DNA of 32,000 bases, from NCBI GenBank assembly GCA_963704755.1, contig OY969938.1, positions 3,510,001-3,542,000 of the forward strand, written 5' to 3'. Shown here piece after piece: positions 10,761 to 17,888 of the stretch. Position 1 is the stretch's first letter. Every line of letters begins with the position of its first letter. The DNA is from an uncultured Chloroflexia bacterium. Lineage in GTDB: Bacteria > Chloroflexota > Anaerolineae > Anaerolineales > Anaerolineaceae. The translations under genes were made by a program, and so were the position numbers. The notes below the pieces were generated by a model, which ran no database searches, was not told the DNA's origin, and saw only the letters and a program-made list of their open reading frames with translations.

Positions 10761-12860
10761 TTGTCGAAGGTATTCCGATTAATTGATAATTTACGGATGG
10801 GCCGCAAGATTGTCTTCAGTTTTGGCTTGATCACGGCAGCCCTGGTCGTTGTTTCCCTGGTCAGTATCCTCAGTATGCGCAATATGGTTGGTTTTATCTC
10901 GACCGCCTACAACGAAGATACGCTGTCGATTGAAGTTGTTGGCAATATCCAATCGCAATTGAACCAGCTATTTGGCGACGTTTACAGCTATTGGGTTTAT
11001 GCCGACTCGCGTGCAGATACCGGCCAAACGATCGACCAGGATATCGCGGCAATCAACCAGTATATGGCCGAATTCGAAGCCATCCATCATTCCGACAAAG
11101 AAGGGGCGGCTTTTACGGACCTGAGCAATGCCTGGGCGGATTTGCAAACCCAGACCCAAACGGTCATCTCCGATATCGATGATGCCAGGAGCATGGATGT
11201 CCGCATCAGTCTATCGCAAGGGGATGTCTATAAAGCCCGCCTGAAAGCGGATGCGGCCCTGACCAGCCTTTCACAGCTCAGCACGGCCAGCGCAGAGAAT
11301 CAATACCTGGATTCGACGAAAACGTTCCGCAGCACCAGCAATTTACTGATTGCGATTGCGGTGTTCGTGGTCATCCTTTCCGCAGGTATTGGCTTTGTAT
11401 TACACCTCAGCATTAACCGGCCGCTGGCCCTGATCTCACAAATCAGCGGCAAGCTGGCCACCGGCGACTTGAACCGGGATATGCCTGAAAAGGTGATCAG
11501 CGGCATTGGCGAGCGTAAAGACGAGCTCGGCGAGGCCGCACGTGGTTTGAATGGGGTGGTGGCGTACATGACCGGCATGGCAGAGATGGCTTCCCGCCTG
11601 GCCAATGGCGACCTGACTATGGACCCCCAGCCGTATTCAGATAAGGATGAGTTGGGAGTCGCGTTTGCCCGCATGGTCAATGACCTGCGCAAGTTGATCG
11701 GCACGGTTGCACTGGATTCGGTTGAAGTCGGCCAGGCGGCCAGGCAACTGGCCCAATCGTCCAACCAGACCGGGGTCGCTACTTCTCAGATCGCGACGAC
11801 CGTCCAGCAGGTAGCCCGCAGCGCTTCTTTGCAATCGGAAACGGTCAGCCAGACGTCGGTCTCGGTCGATAAATTGGGACAGGCGGTGAGTGCGGTCGCC
11901 GAAGGCGCCAGGGAACAGGCCGATGCGGTCGCCCAGGCGGTGACCATCACGAATGAGCTAAACGACTCGATCTTACAGGTCGTCAATAACGTCGAATACC
12001 AGGCCCAAAGCTCCAACAAGTCGGCCGAATTGATCCGTGAAGGGGCCAAGACCCTATCGGAGACAATCTTGCGGATGCAATCGATCGAGGCCCAGGTGGG
12101 TGTTTCGGTAAAGAAAGTCACCGAAATGACCCAGTGGGCGGACAGCGTGTATGTGATCCTGGATACGATCGAAGACATTGCCGGGCAAACCAATTTGCTG
12201 GCCTTGAACGCGGCCATCGAGGCAGCGCGGGCCGGAGATTATGGCAAGGGCTTTGCCGTCGTCGCCGACGAAGTACGCAAGTTGGCCGAGATGAGCGCGA
12301 AAGCAGCCAAAGAGATCAGCGGGCTGGTCAAATCGATCCAGGAAACTGCCGACCAGACCATGAAAGCCATGGACGCGAGCGCCCGCGAGGTCAGCCTGGG
12401 ATCGCAGTTGGCGGGTCGTTCCAACGAGGCCTTGACCGTGATTCAAAAGCAGGCCGAAGAAAACAAGAATTCTGGCGCAATCATCGCTGCCGCGGCCGAG
12501 AAAATGTCTCAGCTTTCCAAGAAGCTGGTCGATTTTATCGATACGGTAGGCAAGGTAGTGCAGGGTAATACTTCTTCGACGAAATTGATGGCCGGCATCT
12601 CCGGCGATGTCTTCCAGGCATTCGAAAACATTGCCAGTATCAGCGAAGAAAATTCGGCGACTGCCGAAGAAGTCACCGCCTCGACCGAGGAATTGACTGC
12701 CCAGGCCCAGGAAGTCAGTGCGATGGCATCGTCCCTACAGGCCATGGCCCAGGAGCTTGAATTGGTGATGGGTAATTTCACCATTCCGGAAAGCCAGGGA
12801 AAAACCGCCGAAGATATCAAAACAGAGCAGCTCACTCCAGAGCTTTCGCCAGAACCATGA
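10761..12860 (+). CDS. Methyl-accepting chemotaxis protein (4-helix-bundle sensor, HAMP, MCP signalling domain)
   Basis: The ORF is open from 10740. The best start is TTG 10761, with AAGGAGG (10748-10754) 6 nt upstream, giving the typical N-terminus [18 protein letters not shown]. Two TM segments. HAMP-like [22 protein letters not shown]. The invariant signalling hairpin [38 protein letters not shown] is present. Confidence 0.9.
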   Translation: MSKVFRLIDNLRMGRKIVFSFGLITAALVVVSLVSILSMRNMVGFISTAYNEDTLSIEVVGNIQSQLNQLFGDVYSYWVYADSRADTGQTIDQDIAAINQYMAEFEAIHHSDKEGAAFTDLSNAWADLQTQTQTVISDIDDARSMDVRISLSQGDVYKARLKADAALTSLSQLSTASAENQYLDSTKTFRSTSNLLIAIAVFVVILSAGIGFVLHLSINRPLALISQISGKLATGDLNRDMPEKVISGIGERKDELGEAARGLNGVVAYMTGMAEMASRLANGDLTMDPQPYSDKDELGVAFARMVNDLRKLIGTVALDSVEVGQAARQLAQSSNQTGVATSQIATTVQQVARSASLQSETVSQTSVSVDKLGQAVSAVAEGAREQADAVAQAVTITNELNDSILQVVNNVEYQAQSSNKSAELIREGAKTLSETILRMQSIEAQVGVSVKKVTEMTQWADSVYVILDTIEDIAGQTNLLALNAAIEAARAGDYGKGFAVVADEVRKLAEMSAKAAKEISGLVKSIQETADQTMKAMDASAREVSLGSQLAGRSNEALTVIQKQAEENKNSGAIIAAAAEKMSQLSKKLVDFIDTVGKVVQGNTSSTKLMAGISGDVFQAFENIASISEENSATAEEVTASTEELTAQAQEVSAMASSLQAMAQELELVMGNFTIPESQGKTAEDIKTEQLTPELSPEP

Positions 12861-12869
12861 GCGGGTTTT

Positions 12870-12897
12870 CTGTGCCGGTGTAGCACGGCACAGTTTT
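12870..12897 (+). terminator. Rho-independent terminator of the MCP gene
   Basis: CTGTGCCG (12870-12877), 8-nt loop, CGGCACAG (12886-12893), then TTTT (12894-12897), 10 nt after the stop codon. Confidence 0.6.
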
Positions 12898-13149
12898 GGG
12901 ATAACCAGTTTCTTCCCCTCCCTACCCTACCTCCAAATTGCAATCCGGTTTGGGGGTAGGGCTTTTATTTATGGAGTTCCTTAAATTCGAGTAATTGTAG
13001 AGACGTGGCTTCCGTCAAGGCCTGCAACGAGGAGATCATCCTTTACCGCTTGGGCTAAATAGTTGCATTTCTTCACAATTTTGTAAAGCGCGGTGAGAGG
13101 GTGAAATAGCCTCATGGGACGTATAATTAAGGAATCATTAGCAAAAAAT

Positions 13150-13266
13150 TAGGTGACTGCTCAGCCAAACGGTAAGTACCCCGAATTTGAGGTGTATGCG
13201 AGGGCGAAGCCCTCGCATACACCTCAAATTCGGGAAATCTTTGATAGGAGCCTGAGTAGTTACAAA
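13150..13266. repeat. REP/MITE-like palindromic element, copy B (best-preserved copy)
   Basis: Perfect 26+3+26 nt palindrome at 13180-13234: CCCGAATTTGAGGTGTATGCGAGGGC GAA GCCCTCGCATACACCTCAAATTCGGG. Outer arms are GTGACTGCTCAG (13153-13164) and CTGAGTAGTTAC (13252-13263). Confidence 0.75.
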
Positions 13267-13351
13267 ATTAGAGCGTTTATAAAAAGGTTTTGGCAGGTTA
13301 TTTGCACCGTACCTGAGATGAAACCCGCGCTCATAACTTTATTCATTTTCG

Positions 13352-13464
13352 ATATCTACTCAGGCTTGTGTAAGAAGTTCCCGAATTCGAGGTGTTCACG
13401 GGGGCTTTATCCTCGCAAACACCCTGAATCCAGGGATCTTTCCCATCTGTTTGAGCAGTTATTT
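13352..13464. repeat. REP/MITE-like palindromic element, copy C (degenerate)
   Basis: Core 13380-13435: CCCGAATTCGAGGTGTTCACGGGGG...CCTCGCAAACACCCTGAATCCAGGG. Outer arms are TCTACTCAGG (13355-13364) and TGAGCAGTTA (13452-13461). Confidence 0.55.
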
Positions 13465-13519
13465 TGTTAATCGGGTATGGGCTGGAAGCAGCCGGGCGTG
13501 TGAATTTACAGGCTCTTAT

Positions 13520-15106
13520 ATGAATCAATACACCCTCTTTGTTCTCCTTTCGCCTTTTGGTTGCGCAATTGTCATCGTTTTTGCATTTTATGCCTGGCGG
13601 CATCGTGGTGCGCGTATCACCCGCCCGCTGGTATATATCCTTTCTTCTGTAGGCGCTTATCTGGTCTTTAATACCCTGGAATTGGTCGATCCTACGCCCC
13701 AAGGGACGCTGTTCTTTGCAGAGGTTTGCTACTTGTGCATCAGTGTCTTGACGATTAACTGGTTGGATTTTTCTCTGGTCCTTACGAACCGGGAATACAT
13801 GTTAAAAAAGAAATATGTGGCCTTGTTATGGATTATCCCGGTTGTTTCAGCCGGGTTGGTTTTCACCAATTCGTATCACCATTTGATTTGGGCGCAGTAC
13901 ACCTTTATGCCAGTATCGAATGGGTACCTGCACATGCAAGTCATTACTTACGGCGGCTGGTTCTGGGTTTTCTGGATATATGCCTATCTTTTGATTATCG
14001 TTGGTTCGGTCTTTATGTTGTGGAGCAGCCTGCCGCAGCGCAGGGGCTTGCGAGTGCCTTCGCTGTTGACGGCTATCGCTGCCCTGCTGCCCTTGATTAT
14101 TAACCTGGTTTATGTGCTGCACCTGTTCCCGGGCTTCTATAAAGATTATTCACCGTTAGCGTATGCGTCCAGCGGCATTCTACTGGCGATCAGCATTTTT
14201 CATTATCACCTGTTCGATTTAACACCATTTGCCCGGGCGGTGCTGATCGACAACATGAACGATGGCATGTTGACCCTGAATACTGCCAAAATGGTGGTCG
14301 ATTTCAACCCGGCCGCTCAGCGCATTTTCCAAAATGCCTCAGGCGCCTCACTGGAAATCGGTAAGGATTTCCCGCTGCTCAATCCCTTTTTGAATCAATT
14401 TGACACTGACCCCAGCCTGGACCTGCTGCAATCCGAGTTCAACCTGGTTAAAATTGAGGAAGAAAATTACTACGACCTGCAGATCCGCCGCCTGCGCGAT
14501 CAGTACAGCGGCGACATGGTTGGTTTTCTGGCGCTGATGCATTCGATCACCGAGCATAAACGCTTACTCCGGGCGGTGCAAAAGCTGGCCGAAGAGGATG
14601 CGCTGACCGGCGTGCTCAACCGCAATCGTTTCACCGAGCTGGCCCGCAATGAGATCGAAAATATGGAATCCAGCCCGATCAGCATCTCGATCCTGATGGT
14701 GGATATCGACCATTTCAAAGAAGTCAACGATTCGTTAGGGCATATCGCCGGGGACCAGGTATTGCAGGCGTTCGTGGACCGGCTGCGGGGTTGGCTGCGC
14801 GGAACCGACCTGATCGGGCGTATCGGCGGCGACGAGTTTGTTGTGCTGCTGGCGAATACGCCAATCGAGAATGCCGTCCAACTGGCCAAACGACTGTGTG
14901 GACTGGTCGCAGCGAAACCGATGGCCATCAAAGAAAATCAGATGATCCCGATCACGATCAGCATCGGGGTAGCCGAATACACCGGCAATTTTTCGGAATC
15001 ACTCGATCGGATTATTTCCTCGGCGGACCGGGCCCTTTATGAGGCAAAAGCGCAGGGTCGTAATCGCGTGTTTAGGTACGATTCCTCACTGGAAACGAAA
15101 TGGTGA
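13520..15106 (+). CDS. Diguanylate cyclase with N-terminal 7TM sensor (HisKA_7TM-like), PAS-like linker and GGDEF domain
   Basis: The ORF is open from 13451, but that stretch overlaps repeat copy C, so ATG 13520 (MNQYTLFVLL) is preferred. Several TM helices (AFYAWRHRG... signature). C-terminal GGDEF domain has an intact active site RIGGDEFVVLL and an RxxD I-site (RGTD) 5 residues upstream. Confidence 0.85.
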   Translation: MNQYTLFVLLSPFGCAIVIVFAFYAWRHRGARITRPLVYILSSVGAYLVFNTLELVDPTPQGTLFFAEVCYLCISVLTINWLDFSLVLTNREYMLKKKYVALLWIIPVVSAGLVFTNSYHHLIWAQYTFMPVSNGYLHMQVITYGGWFWVFWIYAYLLIIVGSVFMLWSSLPQRRGLRVPSLLTAIAALLPLIINLVYVLHLFPGFYKDYSPLAYASSGILLAISIFHYHLFDLTPFARAVLIDNMNDGMLTLNTAKMVVDFNPAAQRIFQNASGASLEIGKDFPLLNPFLNQFDTDPSLDLLQSEFNLVKIEEENYYDLQIRRLRDQYSGDMVGFLALMHSITEHKRLLRAVQKLAEEDALTGVLNRNRFTELARNEIENMESSPISISILMVDIDHFKEVNDSLGHIAGDQVLQAFVDRLRGWLRGTDLIGRIGGDEFVVLLANTPIENAVQLAKRLCGLVAAKPMAIKENQMIPITISIGVAEYTGNFSESLDRIISSADRALYEAKAQGRNRVFRYDSSLETKW

Positions 15107-15514
15107 ACCCCGGCCGCCGTACACAGGGAAACGGCTTATAATAGACAGTTAATCAAGGCAATTCTATGGACGCCATCGTTCATTTTTCACATCGTCATTA
15201 TCATTGACATCGGCATTAACAGCCCCAGACATTATCCCCCCTGCGTTTAAATAAATCTGTATCGAGGGTATTGGGCCCCGGCTTAAAACAGTGCGATTGT
15301 TCGCACTATTTTTGGTTGCCGGAGAAGCATACAGGCTTGCTTTTGCAAAAGCCGGCAATTTTGCACACCTGCAAACGATGCCGCGTCATCCCAAAGCCGT
15401 CCGGGGGAGTTCTCGTCGCGCTCAGCCAGATGCGCCTGGTGGAAAGCATCTTCAGCGCACCTCAGCGATCACGCGCCAACCATGGTTGTTCGTGCAAGAT
15501 TTGGCATTCAGGAT

Positions 15515-16582
15515 ATGAACATTGGCATTGTCTATAATTCTTTCGCGCACAAAGATCCGCTGCCGGAAGAAAAAGAAATGAGAGATACCGGGTTGTCGAT
15601 CGGAAAACACCTGGCCCGTTTTGGCCACCGGGTGCAATATTTCGATATGGACAGCCCGGAGAGTATTGAAGCCTTATGTGCCAGCAAAATCGAGGTGGCT
15701 TTCAACGCCTGCGAGCGCATTCACGATGATGCCCGCGGTGAGGTGTATACGGCGGCTCTGCTCGAATACCTGGGCATACCCCATACCCGCACCAGCTCGT
15801 GGCTGATTTCGCTGGGCATCAGCAAAGAACGGGTGAAGTCCATTCTGACCTATTATCACATCGCCACACCGCTCTATCAGGTGTTCCACACCTGTGATGA
15901 GGCGCTCGACCCCGGGCTGAGCTATCCCTTGTTCGTCAAGGGGCTCAGCAGCGAAAACAGCATCGGCATCGACGAGCATTCGCTGGTGCAGGACGAAGGG
16001 CAATTGCGGGCCAAAGTAGCCCAGATTATCACCCAACTTCAACAACCCGCCCTGGTCGAAGAATATATCGACGGGCGGGAGTTCAGTGTGGCCATCCTGC
16101 CGGGAGTCCCGGACCGGGTGCTGCCCATTTCGGAGATCGTTTTTCGCGACCTGCCCCCGGAATGCCGCTTTTTGGATTACAACGCCAAATGGTTCACCGA
16201 TACCGAGCGTTATCAGAAGACCATCCCGGTTTGCCCGGCCCATTTGAGCGAAGAAGAGCGCCGGGTCATCAGCGACACGGCTTTGGAATGTTTTCACATT
16301 CTTGAGCTCGATTCGTATGCGCGCATCGATATGCGCTACCGCGCCGGGGTTCCCTACGTGCTGGAGGTCAACCAGAACCCCAGCATCAGCGAGGAAGACA
16401 GCGGTTACGTGCGAACCTGTAAAGGATATGGCCTGGATTACGTGACCATGATCCATGTGCTGCTCAGGAATGCGATTGTGAGGAAGAATGAAAATTTGCC
16501 TGCTCGAACCGCCAGCCCGGAACCGGGCTACCGCGAATCACATACAAGAGATTTTCGCCGGCCTGAAACGGCTCGGTTATGA
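15515..16582 (+). CDS. D-alanine--D-alanine ligase-family ATP-grasp enzyme (substrate unknown)
   Basis: Collinear with Ddl: MNIGIVYNS, YPLFVKGLSSENSIGI (Lys loop), ALVEEYIDGREFSVAILPG, FLDYNAKW, ARIDMRY...YVLEVNQNPS (Mg-binding E.N). The ORF is open from ATG 15482. The tail after LLRNAI runs 95 nt into the next gene. Confidence 0.8.
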   Translation: MNIGIVYNSFAHKDPLPEEKEMRDTGLSIGKHLARFGHRVQYFDMDSPESIEALCASKIEVAFNACERIHDDARGEVYTAALLEYLGIPHTRTSSWLISLGISKERVKSILTYYHIATPLYQVFHTCDEALDPGLSYPLFVKGLSSENSIGIDEHSLVQDEGQLRAKVAQIITQLQQPALVEEYIDGREFSVAILPGVPDRVLPISEIVFRDLPPECRFLDYNAKWFTDTERYQKTIPVCPAHLSEEERRVISDTALECFHILELDSYARIDMRYRAGVPYVLEVNQNPSISEEDSGYVRTCKGYGLDYVTMIHVLLRNAIVRKNENLPARTASPEPGYRESHTRDFRRPETARL

Positions 16583-17267
16583 TGTGGTCGAACGGGAAGA
16601 CTCCCGTTCTCTTCTGGAAACCGTCTGGAAGGACGGGCCGGATGTGGTGTTTAACCTTTCCAGTATCTATACCTGGGAAAAGGCCAACCTGATCCCGGCC
16701 GTGCTGGAAATTGCCGGGGTGCGCTATACCGGCTCGGGCATCCTGGGCCTGTCCCTGGCGCGCAACTATACCCGCCTGCTGCCGTTATTGTTGAACTCCG
16801 GGGTACGGGTGCCGGCCTTCGCGATAGCCGGCGGAGGAGACCCGCGGCCGGAAGGCTTGCACTACCCGCTGACCTTCTGGCGGGATGGCGCCCAGGCCGG
16901 GATCAACCTGGCAGATGGCCAGGCGCTCGAGCGGTCGCTGGCCGGCCTGCCGGCCGGAGAAAAGGCCCTGCTGCTGGAAAATGTGGCGGGCAAACGCATG
17001 AGCCTGTTTTTTCTCGACCGGCTGCCCTTCCCGCGCGCCTGCGAGCCGGTCTATTTGAAGATTGCCCAGAAAATTTGCGCGGTCATGGAAGTACGCGGGA
17101 TGGTGCGCCTGGATTTCGTCAGCGCGGACGAACCCATCCTGACCTGGATCGATGTGACGCCCGACCCGCTGGATGAGACCTTCCTGCGGACGGCCGGCTC
17201 GGCCGGCTGGAGCGAGGACCGCCTGCTGCAATCCCTGGTCCAGCATTCGGGCAGGGACCATGAATAA
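16488..17267 (+). CDS. Short, apparently degenerate Ddl-like ATP-grasp paralogue
   Basis: 259 aa. It retains the Ddl N-domain motif GVRYTGSGILGLSLARNY. The Lys loop reads LTFWRDGAQAG (no Lys) and the E.N Mg site reads TWIDVTPDP. GAGGA lies 3 nt before the ATG. Confidence 0.6.
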   Translation: MKICLLEPPARNRATANHIQEIFAGLKRLGYDVVEREDSRSLLETVWKDGPDVVFNLSSIYTWEKANLIPAVLEIAGVRYTGSGILGLSLARNYTRLLPLLLNSGVRVPAFAIAGGGDPRPEGLHYPLTFWRDGAQAGINLADGQALERSLAGLPAGEKALLLENVAGKRMSLFFLDRLPFPRACEPVYLKIAQKICAVMEVRGMVRLDFVSADEPILTWIDVTPDPLDETFLRTAGSAGWSEDRLLQSLVQHSGRDHE

Positions 17268-17727
17268 GATCGAGACCGCTCTACAAATCCGTCCATTGAC
17301 CTGGGAAAGAGCCGACCTGGAGCGGCTGCTGGAAATCGAGCAGGCCAGCTTCAACCATTACGACGCTTATTCCCTGGAAGATTTCGAGCGCTGGTTTCAT
17401 TACAACCCGGACCTGTGCCTGGTTGCGGAGATGGACGGCCAGATTGGCGGCTATGTGATCTCGCGCATCCTGCCCAATTATGGCGACCTGGCTTCACTGG
17501 CCATCCACCCGGCCTACCGGCGAAAGGGCCTGGGCCAGTCCCTGCTACAGGCCACCTGCCAGCGCGTGCGCGAATATGGCCGGCACCGGATCAACCTGGA
17601 AGTCCGCCAGACCAACGCGGCCGGGATGGACTTCTGGCTGAGGATGGGTTTTGTTCCCTTTGGCATCTTCACCACCTTCTACGATGATGGAGAGGATGCC
17701 ATCCGGATGCGCCTGCTCTTAGATTAA
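17260..17727 (+). CDS. GNAT-family N-acetyltransferase (RimI-like)
   Basis: The ORF is open from 17173. ATG 17260 overlaps the previous stop (ATGAATAA). Acetyl-CoA motif LAIHPAYRRKGLGQSLL. RimI-like N-terminus IRPLTWERADLERLLEIEQASF. Confidence 0.85.
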   Translation: MNKIETALQIRPLTWERADLERLLEIEQASFNHYDAYSLEDFERWFHYNPDLCLVAEMDGQIGGYVISRILPNYGDLASLAIHPAYRRKGLGQSLLQATCQRVREYGRHRINLEVRQTNAAGMDFWLRMGFVPFGIFTTFYDDGEDAIRMRLLLD

Positions 17728-17734
17728 AGAATTA

Positions 17735-17785
17735 AAGGGGGGAATGTTTTTCGCGCGATTCTCACGCGAAAAACATTCCCCCCTT
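17735..17785. terminator. Strong bidirectional terminator hairpin between convergent gene arrays
   Basis: AAGGGGGGAATGTTTTTCGCG (17735-17755), 9-nt loop, CGCGAAAAACATTCCCCCCTT (17765-17785): a 21-bp perfect stem. Further AATT/AATT pairing lies outside it, and A/T runs sit on both sides. Confidence 0.7.
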
Positions 17786-17807
17786 AATTCACGATGTCAA
17801 GAAGTTA

Positions 17808-17860
17808 CCGAATTTGAGGTGTGTGCGAGGGCGAAGCCCTCGCACACACCTCAAATTCGG
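17808..17860. repeat. REP/MITE-like palindromic element, copy D
   Basis: CCGAATTTGAGGTGTGTGCGAGGGC GAA GCCCTCGCACACACCTCAAATTCGG is a perfect palindrome. The flanks CGATGTCAAGAAGTTA and GGTTCTGCCATCG are also partly complementary. Confidence 0.75.
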
Positions 17861-17888
17861 GGTTCTGCCATCGAAATTGCGGTAGCCC

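Noticed and set aside
12919-12960. Second hairpin after the MCP terminator (CCCTACCC ... GGGTAGGG followed by CTTTTATTT)
   Set aside because: The stem is only 8 bp with a ~26-nt loop. It is weak compared with the terminator at 12870-12897.
12981-13115. 44-codon ORF on the minus strand (MRLFHPLTALYKIVKKCNYLAQAVKDDLLVAGLDGSHVSTITRI)
   Set aside because: It is too short, has no SD and no recognisable motif. It may be a gene fragment, but I cannot support it.
13153-13470. 105-aa ORF on the plus strand
   Set aside because: The reading frame runs through two palindromic REP-like copies, so it is a repeat-generated ORF.
15164-15232. 22-codon Asp/Asn-rich minus-strand ORF (MSGAVNADVNDNDDVKNERWRP), considered as a RiPP precursor for the ATP-grasp cassette
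   Set aside because: It is on the strand opposite to the ligase genes and about 280 nt away. It has only one Lys and no Ser/Thr in the putative core. The AT-rich repetitive codons are consistent with chance.
15290-15315. AGTGCGA-TTGT-TCGCACT hairpin followed by ATTTTT in the gap before the ATP-grasp genes
   Set aside because: The stem is only 7 bp, and it lies about 185 nt from the nearest upstream stop codon. I cannot assign it to a transcript.
15674-16456. 260-aa ORF antisense to the first ATP-grasp gene
   Set aside because: It is fully antisense to a gene with clear Ddl-family motifs. Its Arg/Gly/Ala/Val-rich composition is typical of antisense frames in GC-rich coding DNA.
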